64,000 nucleotides of DNA from an uncultured Gemmatimonadales bacterium (GCA_963728915.1 CAVSLV010000001.1:288001-352000), one strand, 5' to 3'; numbered from the stretch's first letter, positions 44,033-59,282 are shown. Notes: generated from the letters alone by a model not told the origin. Made by a program: numbers and translations.

Positions 44033-46243
44033 ATGCGCCTCGTGATTGCCTTCGGATTGGCCCTCAGCAGTCCCTGCATGATCCCGGCGGCCGCGGCCCA
44101 GGCCGGCCAGGGCCGGACGCTTCTTCCCAGGGCCGGACTCGTCATAACCCGCAGTGTCAAGCTTGCCCCGGGCGCCTACCGGCTTGCCGCCCCGGCGTCC
44201 CTCGATTCCGCCGCGATCACCATTCAGGGCAACAACCTCACCGTGGATCTCACCGGTGTCACTCTGCTTGGCAGCGACTCGACCGCCGATCCGGACCAGG
44301 GGAGCGGGGTGGCAATCCATATCGAGGGCGGCCGGAACGTGCGGGTGATCGGCGGCGCGATCCGGGGCTACAAGATCGGCCTGCTCGCAACCGGGACGCG
44401 CCGTCTCGCGCTCCGGGGTCTCGACGCGAGCCATAACTGGAAGCCGAGGCTCTACAGCCTGGTGGAGCACGAAAGCCTGGCCGACTGGCTGTCCTTTCAT
44501 CAGAACGAGAAGCGGGAGTGGACCCGATACGGGGCCGGGATCTATCTCGAGGACGTCAAGGGCGGAGAAGTGCGGGACAGCCGGGTGGTCCAGGGGATGA
44601 ACGGCCTCCTGCTGGTCCGGACCGATTCGCTCCTCATTCGGGACAACACCTTCTCCTTCAATTCCGGCCTCGGCATCGGGCTCTACCGCTCCAGCGTGAA
44701 CACCATCGTCCGGAACCGGCTCGACTACAACGTGCGGGGATACAGCCACGGGTTCTACCACCGGGGCCAGGATTCCGCCGGTCTGTTGCTCTACGAGCAG
44801 AGCTCCCATAACACGGTGGCCTGGAACTCGGCCACCCATGGAGGGGACGGGCTCTTCCTGTGGGCTGGCCAGAGCACGATGGACTCGGGAGATGCCGGGG
44901 CCAACGACAACGTGTTCTACGGGAACGATTTCAGCTTCGCTCCCGCGAACGCCATGGAAGCCACCTTCAGCCGGAACCGGTTTCTGGCGAACCGCGCCGA
45001 AGGGAGCGACTACGGGCTCTGGGGCGGCTACAGCTGGGAGTCGGTGATCGCGGGGAACTGCTTCGTGGGAAACCGGGTCGGGATCGCCATCGAGCACGGG
45101 CAGGACAACCTGATCGCCGCGAACCGGTTCAGTGGCGACACCACGGCGGTCTGGCTCTGGGCCAACCCGATCGAGCCCTCGGAGTGGGGGTACCCGAAAC
45201 ACCGCGATACCCGCTCCCGGGACACCCGGGTTATGAAGAACCGGTTCGAGGGCAATCGCGTGGCGGTCCGGGCTCGTACCACGCCCGGACTCGAGGTCTC
45301 CGGCAATGTGGAGGTGGTGGTGGATTCCATGCTGGCGCTGGATGACTCCACCCGGGCCGGCCTGCTGTTCCCGCCGCCGGAGCGGACCCGGGCCGGCATC
45401 ACCGGCTGCGGCCCCGGGTCGGCCCTGCCCGCCGCGTACCGGAAGATGGTGCCGCGTTTGCCGAGCCTCCCTCACTCGGTGCCCGCCTCGGACCCGGCCC
45501 GGCTCGACCGCTCCGCGATCGTGGTGGACGAGTGGGGTCCGTTCGACTGGCAATCCCCACGGGTGTGGCCGGTCGACAGCGTTCGCGCGAGTCCGCTCCG
45601 GCTCCGCACCGGAGGACCGGCGGGATCCTGGCGCGTGGTCAATCGATTCGGCATCGCCGAAATGACGCCGACCTCTGGCCGGATCGGCGATACCATCACG
45701 GTGACCCCGATCGCTCCGGGCAATGACTGGGCGATCCGGCTCGAGTATCAGGCCGGCGACACCGTCGCGAGATCGGGAAACCCCCGGCCTCAGGGCTCCC
45801 CGGTCGCATTCGGCTATTCCCGCTGGGAGCCGGTGCTCGCCTGGGACGCCCGGTTTTTCCGGTGGGACGACTCGCTCGACCTTCGCCAGGGCCCCGAGCG
45901 ATTCGACGCGGTGACGGCCACGACGCCCATCCTCACCCGCCAGCTCTCCCGGCTCGACTTCGAATGGTACCGGCCTCAGATCGCCGAGCTTCCCCTGGAG
46001 CGCTGGGCGCTGCTCGCGACCACCTCGGTCGAGCTTTCCCCCGGCGCCTATCAGCTTCGCACCATCAGCGATGACGGAATCCGGGTCTGGGTGGACGACC
46101 GCCTGGTGCTCGACCATTGGAACGGGCACGAGTCCGAGGTCGACCGCGTCCCGATCGAAGCCGGGGCCCACCGGTTACGGGTCGGGTACTTTCAGGATGG
46201 GGGGTGGACCGAGCTCCGGGTGGAGATCCTGCGGAGGCCCTAA
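44033..46243 (+). CDS. Secreted right-handed parallel beta-helix protein with a C-terminal PA14 domain
   Basis: Signal peptide; Asn/Gly-rich PbH repeats (IRDNTFSFNSGLGIGL...); C-terminal YQLRTISDDGIRVWVD...GAHRLRVGYFQ. Confidence 0.85.
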   Translation: MRLVIAFGLALSSPCMIPAAAAQAGQGRTLLPRAGLVITRSVKLAPGAYRLAAPASLDSAAITIQGNNLTVDLTGVTLLGSDSTADPDQGSGVAIHIEGGRNVRVIGGAIRGYKIGLLATGTRRLALRGLDASHNWKPRLYSLVEHESLADWLSFHQNEKREWTRYGAGIYLEDVKGGEVRDSRVVQGMNGLLLVRTDSLLIRDNTFSFNSGLGIGLYRSSVNTIVRNRLDYNVRGYSHGFYHRGQDSAGLLLYEQSSHNTVAWNSATHGGDGLFLWAGQSTMDSGDAGANDNVFYGNDFSFAPANAMEATFSRNRFLANRAEGSDYGLWGGYSWESVIAGNCFVGNRVGIAIEHGQDNLIAANRFSGDTTAVWLWANPIEPSEWGYPKHRDTRSRDTRVMKNRFEGNRVAVRARTTPGLEVSGNVEVVVDSMLALDDSTRAGLLFPPPERTRAGITGCGPGSALPAAYRKMVPRLPSLPHSVPASDPARLDRSAIVVDEWGPFDWQSPRVWPVDSVRASPLRLRTGGPAGSWRVVNRFGIAEMTPTSGRIGDTITVTPIAPGNDWAIRLEYQAGDTVARSGNPRPQGSPVAFGYSRWEPVLAWDARFFRWDDSLDLRQGPERFDAVTATTPILTRQLSRLDFEWYRPQIAELPLERWALLATTSVELSPGAYQLRTISDDGIRVWVDDRLVLDHWNGHESEVDRVPIEAGAHRLRVGYFQDGGWTELRVEILRRP

Positions 46244-46989
46244 CCCGCCCTTTTCGCCTCGTCCCAGAGCCGGTCCAGCGTCTCGAGACCGGCGTTCTGC
46301 ACCGTGATTCCGCGCTCCGCGGCCAGCCGTTCGAGCCGGCCGAACCGCTCCCGGAACCGGGCGTTGGCCCGCTCCAGGGCGGGTCCCGGCTGCACCCCGA
46401 GCTTCCGGGCCAGATTGACGACCGCGAAGAGCAGATCCCCGATCTCCTCCTCCCGCCGCAGGGCGGAGGACTCGGCTTCCACCTCGGCCAGTTCCTCCCG
46501 GACCTTGTCGGCGGGGCCCCGCGCGTCGGGCCAGTCGAACCCAACCCCCGCGGCCCGTTCCTGGATCCGGAATGCCATGAGCAGCTCGGGCAGGGTGGGA
46601 GGCAGGCCGTCGAGCAGGCCGGCGGGGATTTCGCCGCCGCTCCGCTCCCGCAGCTTCAACTCCTCCCAGCGCCCCTGCTCGCCGAGGTCGAAGAGGTGCG
46701 GGTGGCGCCGTTTCATCTTGGCTTCGAGCCGGTCGGCCGTCTCGTCCGCACTGAATTCGGAGCGTTCCTCCCCGAGGACGAGCTGCCAGGCCAGGTGGAG
46801 CATCAGGTCGGCCACTTCGTCGCCGATCGCGTCGGGATCTCCCGACCCGATGGCCTGGTCGAGCTCGTGGACTTCTTCCACCAGGTAGGGCCGGAGCGTC
46901 TCGCGGGTCTGAGCCCGGTCCCAGGCACAGCGGACCCGGAGATCCCGCACCATCGCCATCGCGCGCTCCAGCGGGGACTTCGCTTGCAT
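46240..46989 (-). CDS. mazG: Nucleoside triphosphate pyrophosphohydrolase
   Basis: CAWDRAQT, EEVHE, RRHPH, VGFDW, KVREE, EEIGDLLF, WDEAK. Confidence 0.94.
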   Translation of the reverse strand: MQAKSPLERAMAMVRDLRVRCAWDRAQTRETLRPYLVEEVHELDQAIGSGDPDAIGDEVADLMLHLAWQLVLGEERSEFSADETADRLEAKMKRRHPHLFDLGEQGRWEELKLRERSGGEIPAGLLDGLPPTLPELLMAFRIQERAAGVGFDWPDARGPADKVREELAEVEAESSALRREEEIGDLLFAVVNLARKLGVQPGPALERANARFRERFGRLERLAAERGITVQNAGLETLDRLWDEAKRAG

Positions 46990-47012
46990 TGCTCCTCCCG
47001 GTCCGATAAGCT
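46984..47012 (+). promoter_or_regulatory. Putative sigma70 promoter for the alr operon, overlapping the mazG start
   Basis: TTGCAT, 17-bp spacer, TAAGCT in the short divergent gap. Confidence 0.5.
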
Positions 47013-47036
47013 ACCCGCTCTCCGGTGACCAAAGTA

Positions 47037-48116
47037 ATGCGCGAGAATTCCGGGCGGGCGTGGCTCGATGTCGATCTCGATGCCCTGGTGCGCAACGCGC
47101 GACGGTTCGCCGAGCGGTGCGGCGCCCGCCTGCTTCCCATGGTCAAGGCGAACGGGTACGGGCTCGGCGCGGTTCCCATAACCCGCGCGCTCGAGGCGGT
47201 CGACCCGTGGGGCTACGGCGTCGCCACCGTCCCCGAGGGCGCCGAGCTCCGGGAGGCCGGTATCGTCCGGCCGATCCTCGTGCTGACCCCGTTCGTCGGC
47301 GACGCCGGCGAGGTCGAGGAGTACCGGGAGCATGGTCTCCGTGCGGTGATCGGGGATCTTCCCGGGCTCGAGACCTGGCTGGCCCATCACGGCGGGCCCT
47401 TTCACGTGGAGATCGACACCGGAATGAGCCGGGCCGGGTTTCCCTGGCGGGACGGGGCAGCGCTCACCGGGTTAGGGCGGCGGCTGGCCGGCGCGCCGGA
47501 CTGGGAAGGCGTGTTCACCCACTTCCATTCCCCCGACAGCGATCCCGGCAGCGTCGCGGTCCAGCTCGCCCGGTTCGACCAGGCGATCGCGGCGCTGCCC
47601 CATCATCCCCCGCTGGTGCACACCACCAGCAGCGCCGCGGTGGGGCTGGTCGGGCATCGGAACGACCAGCTGGCCCGGCCCGGGATCGCGCTCTATGGCG
47701 GCGAGTCCGCGCCGGACCTCGTGGTCGAGCCGGTCGCGCGGCTCTCCGCCGGCGTCATCGCGGTCCGGCGGATCGAGCCGGGAGACACGGTGAGCTACGG
47801 GGCCGAGTGGAAGGCCCGCGTCCCGACCACCATCGCGACGCTCTCGATCGGATACGCCGACGGGCTGCTGCGATCGCTGGGCAATCGCGGGCTGGTCGAG
47901 CTCCACGATCGGGTGGTCCCGATCGTCGGACGGGTCAACATGGACATGGTGATGGTCGATGCCGGCGACCTGCCGGTCCGGCCCGGAGATGTGGCGGTGA
48001 TCTTCGGCGGTCGCATTGCGCTCGACGAGCAGGCCCGCCGCGGCGGGACCAACGCGTACGAGCTGCTCACCGCGATCGGGGAGCGGGTCACCCGGCGATA
48101 TCACGGAGGCCGCTGA
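47037..48116 (+). CDS. alr: Alanine racemase
   Basis: VKANGYGLG, IDTGMSRAG, FTHF, RPGIALYG, VSYG, GYADG, GRVNMD. Alternative GTG start at 47025. Confidence 0.93.
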   Translation: MRENSGRAWLDVDLDALVRNARRFAERCGARLLPMVKANGYGLGAVPITRALEAVDPWGYGVATVPEGAELREAGIVRPILVLTPFVGDAGEVEEYREHGLRAVIGDLPGLETWLAHHGGPFHVEIDTGMSRAGFPWRDGAALTGLGRRLAGAPDWEGVFTHFHSPDSDPGSVAVQLARFDQAIAALPHHPPLVHTTSSAAVGLVGHRNDQLARPGIALYGGESAPDLVVEPVARLSAGVIAVRRIEPGDTVSYGAEWKARVPTTIATLSIGYADGLLRSLGNRGLVELHDRVVPIVGRVNMDMVMVDAGDLPVRPGDVAVIFGGRIALDEQARRGGTNAYELLTAIGERVTRRYHGGR

Positions 48117-49285
48117 TGGCGCGGCGCGCGGCGATCATCGTGCTCGACGGACTCGGGATCGGGTCGGCGCACGATGCCGCCTCCTACGGAGACGGCGGCA
48201 GCGATACCCTCGGGAACGTGCTCCGCACCGGCGCCCCGCTTGCCCTCCCCGAGCTGACCCGGCTTGGCCTGGGATGCTGTGCCCCGCTCCGGGGGATCGC
48301 GGCGGTCGATCGCCCCCGGGCCGCGTTCGGCACCGCGCAGCCGAAGAGCGCGGGGAAGGACAGCACCACCGGGCACTGGGAACTCTGCGGCGTCATCCTG
48401 GAACAGCCCTTTCCAACCTATCCCGGAGGATTCCCCGCGGTGGTGGTGGAGGAATTCTCCCGGCGGACCGGCCGGGGAGTCCTGGCCAACCGTCCCGCTT
48501 CGGGAACCGCGATCATCGAGGCGTTCGGTCCGGAGCATCAGGCCACCGGAAGCTGGATCGTGTACACCTCCGCCGACAGCGTGTTCCAGGTTGCGGCCCA
48601 CGAAGAGGTCGTTCCGCTCGAGGAGCTGTATCGAGCCTGTCAGGTCGCGCGGGACATGCTGCAGGGAGAACACGGGGTGTCCCGGGTGATCGCCCGGCCG
48701 TTCCTCGGCTCGCCCGGGGCCTATCGCCGTACCCCCCATCGCAGGGACTTCAGCCTCGAGCCGACCGGATCCACCCTTCTCGATGGCTGCGAGCTTCGGG
48801 GAATCCCCCGGGTGGGTGTCGGAAAGGTGGACGATCTCTTTGCCGGGCGGGGCATCGTGAGCACCCACACCGCGACCAACGACGAGGCCTATCGGCTGAT
48901 CCGGGAAGGGCTCGTCGGGATGGAAGGGGGATTTCTGTTCGCGAACGTGATCGAATTCGACCAAAGCTGGGGGCATCGCAACGACGTGGCCGGGTTCCGG
49001 GGAGGTTTGATCGAGCTGGATCGGGCCCTGCCGGGCCTCCTCGCGCCGGTCCGGGAGGGCGATCTCGTTATCTTTACCGCGGACCACGGAAACGACCCTA
49101 CCACCCCCTCGACCGACCATTCGCGGGAACGGGTACCGCTCCTGGTTTACGGGCCGCGGATCGGGGCCGTTCCTCTCGGAGAGCGGCAAACCTTTGCCGA
49201 TATCGGGCAGACGGTTGCCGAATTCCTGGGAACGGCCCCGCTTGCGGCCGGGACGTCTTTTCTGAGCGAGGTCTGGCGTGGGTGA
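48116..49285 (+). CDS. deoB: Phosphopentomutase
   Basis: [57 protein letters not shown]. Confidence 0.96.
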   Translation: MARRAAIIVLDGLGIGSAHDAASYGDGGSDTLGNVLRTGAPLALPELTRLGLGCCAPLRGIAAVDRPRAAFGTAQPKSAGKDSTTGHWELCGVILEQPFPTYPGGFPAVVVEEFSRRTGRGVLANRPASGTAIIEAFGPEHQATGSWIVYTSADSVFQVAAHEEVVPLEELYRACQVARDMLQGEHGVSRVIARPFLGSPGAYRRTPHRRDFSLEPTGSTLLDGCELRGIPRVGVGKVDDLFAGRGIVSTHTATNDEAYRLIREGLVGMEGGFLFANVIEFDQSWGHRNDVAGFRGGLIELDRALPGLLAPVREGDLVIFTADHGNDPTTPSTDHSRERVPLLVYGPRIGAVPLGERQTFADIGQTVAEFLGTAPLAAGTSFLSEVWRG

Positions 49286-49661
49286 CCGGTTGATCGAGGC
49301 AGCCCGGGCGGCACAACAGCGCGCCTACGCCCCGTACTCCAACTTTCGAGTCGGCGCGGCGCTCGAGACCGAAGACGGCGCCGTGTATACCGGCTGCAAC
49401 GTGGAGAATGCCTCGTACGGTTTGACGATCTGCGCCGAGCGGGCCGCCGTGTGTACCGCGGTCACGGCGGGAGCCCAGCGGTTCCGCCGGGTGGTCGTGG
49501 CGACCGACGTTGACCCTCCGGCATCTCCCTGTGGAGCCTGCCGCCAGGTGCTCGCCGAGTTCGGCCCCGCGCTCCGGGTGGACGCGGTGGGACCGACCCA
49601 GTCGCGCTCCTGGCGCCTCAGCGAGCTCCTCCCCGACGCGTTCGTGAAGGAGTCGATGTGA
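49278..49661 (+). CDS. cdd: Cytidine deaminase, homotetrameric type
   Basis: [31 protein letters not shown]. Confidence 0.96.
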   Translation: MGDRLIEAARAAQQRAYAPYSNFRVGAALETEDGAVYTGCNVENASYGLTICAERAAVCTAVTAGAQRFRRVVVATDVDPPASPCGACRQVLAEFGPALRVDAVGPTQSRSWRLSELLPDAFVKESM

Positions 49662-50842
49662 AGCGGTTGCTCATCCTGCTGGGCATCGGAGCGCTGGGCG
49701 CGTGTCAGGAGCGCCTCGCGCTGCCGTCCACCTGTCCCGACCTTTGCCCCGGGAGCGGGGTCGAGGTCCGCGATACCACCCTCGACGCCATCGTCGGCTC
49801 GGACAGCAGCTTCTTCGGCTATATCGGCCTTGAGGAGCCTCCCGCCGTGCTGGTCTCCAATGGTCTCGCGGAAGGCGACGCGCGCGGCCGGGCCATCTTC
49901 GGGGCTCTGCCGGACAGCCTCTTCGTGATCGGGACGCGCTACGCCTACACCGTCGACTCGATGCTGTTCGTGCTTCCGATGCTGGCGCGGGATACCGCCG
50001 TCAAGAACATCCAGATCATCATCCACCGGATTCCTCTGGTGGATTCGACGGTCACCCTGGCCGACCTGGACCAGTACATGACGCCGGAGACGGTGGTGGA
50101 CTCGGCGCTCATTTCCGATACCCTGGTCACCGGAGACGTGCGGGTTATGGTCCGTCCGGAGAGCTGGCCCAAGCTCACTCCCGATGAAGCCGACACGACC
50201 CGGCTGGCGGTGGGATTCCGGATCACCGCGCCCACGCCGACCGGGATCCGGCTCGGATCCACGTTCAGTGGAGATGGCCCGACCTGGTACACCTACGTCC
50301 AGGTGCCGACGACCGATACCTCCCTCACCCATCAGACCATCACCATCCCGGCCGATTCGACCAACTATGTCATCGAAGCGCCCTCGCCCTCCGACCCCGC
50401 CAACCTCTTTTTTGGAGGCCGGACCGGGAGCCGGACTCTCCTGCGGTTCCAATTGCCCAGGGTGCTGCGGGATTCGTCCACCGTGGTGCGGGCGACTCTC
50501 GAGATGACCCTGGCTCATCCGGTTCTGGGACTGCCCAATGACCCGGCCTCGGTCCAGGCGCTCGCGGCCCTGGTGGATGTGGGCGCCAAGTCGCCGGCCT
50601 TCAGCGGCGCGGTGGGAACCCAGTCGCTCGAAGCCGGACTGAGCGGGCTCCAGAGGATCGAAGTCCTGGGCCCGGTCAGCTCCTGGTTCGGCCCCAACGG
50701 ACTGACGCCGACCCTGGTGATGGGTCTGGCGCCGGAAGGGGGAACCTTCACCCAGGCCGAGTTTCTCTCGACCCGGGCCCCGATGGGGGCGCCACGGCTC
50801 CGGCTTACCTACGCGGTTCCTTCGCGGGCCGGGTTCCCCTGA
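49658..50842 (+). CDS. Putative lipoprotein, beta-rich, function unknown
   Basis: [16 protein letters not shown] lipobox; Thr/Asp-rich beta strands. Confidence 0.75.
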   Translation: MKRLLILLGIGALGACQERLALPSTCPDLCPGSGVEVRDTTLDAIVGSDSSFFGYIGLEEPPAVLVSNGLAEGDARGRAIFGALPDSLFVIGTRYAYTVDSMLFVLPMLARDTAVKNIQIIIHRIPLVDSTVTLADLDQYMTPETVVDSALISDTLVTGDVRVMVRPESWPKLTPDEADTTRLAVGFRITAPTPTGIRLGSTFSGDGPTWYTYVQVPTTDTSLTHQTITIPADSTNYVIEAPSPSDPANLFFGGRTGSRTLLRFQLPRVLRDSSTVVRATLEMTLAHPVLGLPNDPASVQALAALVDVGAKSPAFSGAVGTQSLEAGLSGLQRIEVLGPVSSWFGPNGLTPTLVMGLAPEGGTFTQAEFLSTRAPMGAPRLRLTYAVPSRAGFP

Positions 50843-51977
50843 TGCGCGCGCTCGCCCCGCTCGCGCTCGCCACCGTGCTCGCGGGCCCCCTCGTGGCCCA
50901 GGCGTCCGAATTCGGGACCCGCGGGTTCGGCCTGCCGCTCCGGCCCATCTCGGTGCGGGCCTCCGCGACCGGAGGCGCGTTCGGATTCTTCGACATCGAG
51001 TCCGCGTCCAATCCTTCGTCGTTCGCGTTCGTCGGCAGGTCGAACGTTTCCTTCCAGACGGTGCAGACCTGGACCAGCGCCGAGAACCCGGTGGGAACCG
51101 CCAGCACTCGTGACAATCGCTACCCCGGGTTCATGGTGGCCGCGCCCCTCGGTGGAACGCGACTCGCCATCGCGGTGAGCGCGAGTGGCTACACCGATCG
51201 CAATTTCTCGCTCGCCTCCATGGATACCGTCATCCTTCGGGACGAGCCGGTCGAAACCACCGACACCCTGACCTCGCTCGGTGGCATCAGCGATCTTCGG
51301 GCAGCGATGGCCTGGCGCATGTCCAGCAAGGTGCAATGGGGTCTCGGCCTCCATCTGCTGACCGGATCGAACCGGATCACCAACCATCGGGTGTTCTCCG
51401 ACACGACCTACAGTGGCGCCTCGGAGCATTCCACGATCTCCTATCTGTCGTACGGCCTCTCCATCGGCGTAACCGCCCGGCCGATTCCCATCCTGACGCT
51501 CGCCGGGATGGCACGGGCCGATACCCGGATCCGGATCGAGCGCGATACCGCGCAGGCCGGCAGAGTGAACCTCCCGATGACGCTGGGCGCAGGGGCCCGG
51601 CTCCAGCTCGGCCGGCGGCTTCTGATGGCCGGCTCGGCGACGTTCCGCAACTGGGAGCGATCCGATTCCGGGCTGGTGGCCCTGGGAGGACTCGGCAGCC
51701 GGAACACGACCGAATGGGACGTCGGATTCGAGTTCATCCCCAAACCGACCCATCCCGGGTCGCATCCGATCCGGCTCGGGATGTATCGAAGCGGCCTGCC
51801 GTTTCCGTTGCAGGCCGGACTGGTTCAACGCGAGACCGGGATTTCGGCGGGGACCTCCCTCGAATTTGCCGGGGGCCGGGCTCGCAGCGATATCACGCTG
51901 AGCCGGGTCTGGCGCTCCGGTGGCCCGGACTTCTCCGAGCGCGCCGTGATGCTCAACGCGGGCATCTCGATCCGGCC

Positions 51978-51981
<4 letters not shown>
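50842..51981 (+). CDS. Putative outer-membrane beta-barrel (FadL/PorV-like)
   Basis: Signal peptide; hatch-like N-terminus (VRASATGG...NPS); alternating amphipathic strands. Confidence 0.65.
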
Positions 51982-53296
<1,315 letters not shown>

Positions 53297-53300
<4 letters not shown>

Positions 53301-55531
53301 GGGAGCGGCGGGTCTATCTCTTCGTGCTCTGCTTCGAGGCCGGTCTTGCGACCGGCCTCTCGCGTTTTCTGGATCCGTGGTGGACCGCCGCGACCCTGGT
53401 GGCCGGCGGGCTCCTGCTCCGGCCCCGCGGGCATTCCTGGATCGCCGGCGTCCTCCTCCTGGGCCTCGGCCTTGGCGTCCTAACCCGCGACCGCGCGGCC
53501 CGGTCCTGCGCCGGACGGCTTCCCGCCGGCGTCCTGCGACTCGCCCTCGAGCTCCGCGACCCGGCCACCGATGGCGTGGCGCGGGCCTCGGTTCTCCACG
53601 GTTGCCGGGGGGAAATCACGCTGCGAGTGCGATCCAGCCATCCCCTTCCCGCGGGAAGCCGCTGGCTGGTGACCGGCCGGTGGATTCCGGAGACCGAGTT
53701 CGGCGGCCGCCCGGGCGGGATCTTCGTCGCCCAAGAGCTCGCGGCCAGGGGCCGGTCCCGGTCGCTCGAGGCCGGGCTTCGGAACTGGCTCTCCGGTACC
53801 ATCACCCGTCTCTACGGGACCCGATCCGGACTGGTGGACGCCCTGGTCACCGGACGGAGAGGAGAGATGGATCCCTCGCTCAAGGCCTCCTTCGCGCGGT
53901 CCGGCCTGATCCACCTCCTCTCCATCAGCGGATTCCACGTCGGGGTGATCTTCGGGTGGACGGTCCTGCTGCTCAAGGCGCTCCGGATTTCCCGCCATCG
54001 CAGGATTGCGATCGCGACCGCGGTGGTGGTCGCCTATGTGTGCTTTCTCGGGTGGCCTCCGCCCGCCGCTCGCGCGGCGGTGCTGTGCGGCTCGAGCGGC
54101 TGGGCCTTCTACCGGCAGCGGAAGCCGTCCCCGATGGTGCTGCTTGGGGTCACCTGCCTCGTGGTTTCCCTGATGGACCCCTGGGCGATCTTCAGCCTGG
54201 GGGCATGGCTCTCCGCCGGCGCGCTCACCGGGAGCATGCTGTTCACTCGATGGAGCGATCGGGCGATCGGGACGGGGAACGGATGGCGCATGCTGTTCGC
54301 GTCGATCGGAGCGACGTTCACCACCGCGCCATTCACGGCGGCGGCATTCGGGTCGGTGGCTCTTGCTGGCATCGGACTCAATTTCGCCGCGATTCCACTC
54401 GCCGCGCTCTCGGTGCCCCTGGTGCTGGCGAGCCTGGTCACTGCTCCCCTCGCGCCGATCGCCCAGGCCTTTGCGACCGCGGGCGGAGTGGGCCTTGCGG
54501 GGCTCGAGCGGCTCGCCTTGCTCGGCAGCGTGATTCCGGCCGGCGCGGTGCTGACGCCGACGGGGTTGATCGGCGCGCTTCCCTGGATCGGATTGCTGGG
54601 GTTCCTCCTCTGGGTCATCGGCCGGCGGAATACCTCCCGGCGCGCTGCCCTCCGGCTCGGATGGGGCGCCGGTCTGGCCGGGTTCGCACTCCTCCTTCCC
54701 CTTCACGCCATGGCGTCGTTTCATGACGGGCATGGCCTCACGCTACATTTCCTGAGCGTCGGCCAGGGCGATGCCGCGCTGCTTCGGACCCCGGCAGGGC
54801 GCTGGATCCTGGTGGATGGAGGGCCCGCCGACGAGCGGCACGATGCGGGGCGGGAAGTGCTGCTCCCGTTTCTGGTGCGGCACGGTGTTCGGCGCCTTGC
54901 CGCGGTGGTGCTCTCCCATGCGCACCTCGATCACGTGGGTGGCATCCCCGCGGTGCTCGAGGCCATCCCGGCGGACCTGATCCTGGAGCCCGCCGAGCCG
55001 GTCGCGGAGCCGCACTATCTGCACATGCTGGCGCTCGCGGAGGAGCAGGGGATTCGGTGGCAGGCGGCGAGGGCGGGAGATTCCCTCGCGATCGACGGTC
55101 TGGTGCTCCGGATTCTTCACCCCGATACGACCTGGATCCATTGGCGCGAGGACCTCAATGACGACTCGGTGGTACTGCTGCTGCGCTACGGCCGGTTCGA
55201 GGCTGTGCTCGCCGGGGACCTGGGCGTGAAGGCCGAGTCGCTGCTGGCCGGCCGGGTAGGGCCGATCGATCTCCTCAAAGTCGGCCATCACGGCTCGGCC
55301 ACCTCGTCGGGGACCCGATGGCTCGATGAGCTCGAGCCCAAGGCGGCGATCATCAGCGTGGGGCCGAACCGCTATGGCCACCCCGCCCCCTCCGCGCTCA
55401 CCCGCCTCGGGGAGCACCAGGTGGACGTGTGGCGCACCGATCGGGACGGCAGCGTGACCGTGACCCTCACCGACTCCACCATGACCCTCACGGGTCGATC
55501 CCGGACCGGCCGCTATGTCCTGGTTCCCTAA
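53297..55531 (+). CDS. comEC: DNA internalization competence protein ComEC/Rec2
   Basis: HLLSISGFHV, many TM helices, VGQGDA, SHAHLDHVGG, KVGHHGS, NRYGHP, RTDRDG. Confidence 0.93.
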
Positions 55532-56560
55532 CGATCGCCGCCGGACCCTGCCCGGTACCTCGGTCTTCACGATCGAGCGATTCATCATCGAGCAGGAGCG
55601 CCGCTATCCCGAGGCCACCGGCGAGCTTTCCAACCTCCTCTACGACATCGCGCTCGGCGCCAAGATCATCGCCGCGACGGTCCGGCGCGCCGGGATCCTC
55701 CAGATCTTCGGCTCGGCGGGGCAGATGAACGTCTCGGGCGAGACCCAGCAGCGGCTCGATCTCTTCGCCAACGAGGCGCTCAAGAACGCGATGGCCCACA
55801 CCGGGCGGGTCTGCGTGATGGCCTCGGAGGAGGACGAGGAAGTCGTCACCACCGACGGGGACGGCCCCAAGGGCAAGTACGCGGTGCTGTTCGATCCGCT
55901 GGACGGCTCTTCCAACATCGACAACAACAACCCGGTGGGGACCATCTTCAGCATCTACCGGCGCCGCACCATGGAGGGGACCGGGACCCTGGAGGACGTG
56001 CTCCAGCCCGGGCGCGACCAGGTGGCCGCGGGTTATGTGATGTACGGATCGAGCGTGATGATGGTCTATTCGACCGGCCAGGGGGTGCACGGCTTCACCC
56101 TCGACCCCACCATCGGCGAGTTCGTGCTGTCCCACCCCGACATCCGCACCCCCGAGGTCGGCAAGTACTACAGCGTCAACGAGAGCTACTTCGGCCGGTG
56201 GACCCCGGCGATGAAGCAGGCGGTCCGCGGTTTCCACGGCGACCTGCCCGACCGGATCAAGGGGAAGAACAGCCGCTACATCGGCGCCCTGGTCGCCGAC
56301 TTTCACCGCAACCTGGTCTCCGGCGGGATCTTCCTGTATCCCGGGGAGGAATCGAAGCCGCAGGGCAAGCTCCGGCTCTGCTACGAGGCGAGTCCCCTGG
56401 CCTTCATCGCGGAGCACGCCGGCGGCGCCGCGACCGACGGGGTGAACCGGATTCTCGACATCGTGCCCCACGAGCTGCACCAGCGCACCCCCCTGGTGAT
56501 CGGGTCGAAACGGGACGTCGAGTTCGTGGCCGACGTCCTCCGCGAGCACAAGTCGTCGGT

Positions 56561-56564
<4 letters not shown>
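55515..56564 (+). CDS. fbp: Class 1 fructose-1,6-bisphosphatase
   Basis: ASEE, FDPLDGSSNID, GTIFSI, RYIGALVADFHR, GKLRLCYE. Confidence 0.96.
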
Positions 56565-58098
<1,534 letters not shown>

Positions 58099-58102
<4 letters not shown>

Positions 58103-58767
58103 GCGGCCCGCCGGTGGCCCATCACCTTCGGGTGTTCCGGACCGCGCGTTATCTCACCCTGGGTGAGATCGAAGGCGCCTCCGAAGTGTGGTTCGTGCTG
58201 CACGGGTACAGCATGCTCGCCGCGTCCTTTCTTCACTGGTTCGAACCGGTGGCGCGGCCGGGGCGCCTGCTGGTGGCGCCGGAGGGCCTGTCCCGGGCCT
58301 ACTTCGAAGAGCGGGGCACCCGCCGGGTGGGAGCCTCCTGGATGACCAAGGAGGATCGCGACGCGGAGATCGAAGACTACGTGCAGTACCTGGACCGCAT
58401 TGCCGACCGGATCCGGCTCAGCGTGCCGGGCGCGCCTCGCGTCGAAGTCCACGGTTTCTCGCAGGGAGCCGCGACCGCCTGCCGCTGGGTGGCGCTGGGC
58501 AGCGTCCAGCCCGATCGACTCGTGGTCTGGGGCTCGACGCTCCCGCCCGATCTTCCGCTGGAACGCTATGGAGCGAAGCTGACCCGCGCCGGGCTCACCA
58601 TCGCGGTGGGAACCCGGGACAAGTACGTCCACCCCGAAGACGTGGACCGCGAGGAAGCCCGGCTCCGGTCGCTGGGACTGTCGCCGATCATGCACCGGTT
58701 CGACGGAGGGCACCGGGTGGATCCCGGGGTGCTCCGGCTGCTCGCCACCACGGAGGCCCCGCCATGA
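58099..58767 (+). CDS. Alpha/beta hydrolase (phospholipase/carboxylesterase-like)
   Basis: LHGY, GFSQG nucleophile elbow, GTRD, FDGGH. Confidence 0.88.
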
Positions 58768-59282
58768 TGTCGTTTCCCGATTCTCTCGCCGCGATCTACG
58801 CCCGGGAGCTCACGACCCTGCGCCTGGAAGTGGAGGCGTACCCGTCCGACGCCGATCTCTGGAAACTGGCGCCCGGCATCGCCAATTCGGGGGGAACCCT
58901 GGCGCTTCATCTGGCCGGCAATCTCCAGCATTTCATCGGAGCGATCCTGGGCGGAACCGGCTATCGCCGGAACCGGGATGCCGAATTCGGAGATCGTGAT
59001 GTTCCCCGCGCCGTGGTGCTTCAGCGCCTCGACGCGGCCATCCAGGTCGTGCCGAAGACGGTCGCCGAGCTGGGACCCGAGGTGCTCGATGCCGACTACC
59101 CGGATTCGGTCGCCGGCGTCCGGCTCAACACCGCCGACTTCCTGCTGCATCTGGCGAGTCACCTGAGCTATCACCTGGGGCAGCTCGATTATCACCGGAG
59201 ACTGGTGACCGGCGGGGCGCCGCTCGGGGGAGTGGTGTCGCCGACCCGGCTCTGGTCGGCGGTCAAGCCGGAACAGACCTAA
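58764..59282 (+). CDS. DinB/DUF1572-family protein
   Basis: NSGGTLALHLAGNL, RNRDAEF, HLSYHLGQ. Confidence 0.88.
   Translation: MMSFPDSLAAIYARELTTLRLEVEAYPSDADLWKLAPGIANSGGTLALHLAGNLQHFIGAILGGTGYRRNRDAEFGDRDVPRAVVLQRLDAAIQVVPKTVAELGPEVLDADYPDSVAGVRLNTADFLLHLASHLSYHLGQLDYHRRLVTGGAPLGGVVSPTRLWSAVKPEQT

Noticed and set aside
47037..48116. Unusual-specificity racemase suggested by KANGYG and GRVNMD variants
   Set aside because: The catalytic Lys and Tyr are intact and such substitutions fall within normal Alr variation; no further support.
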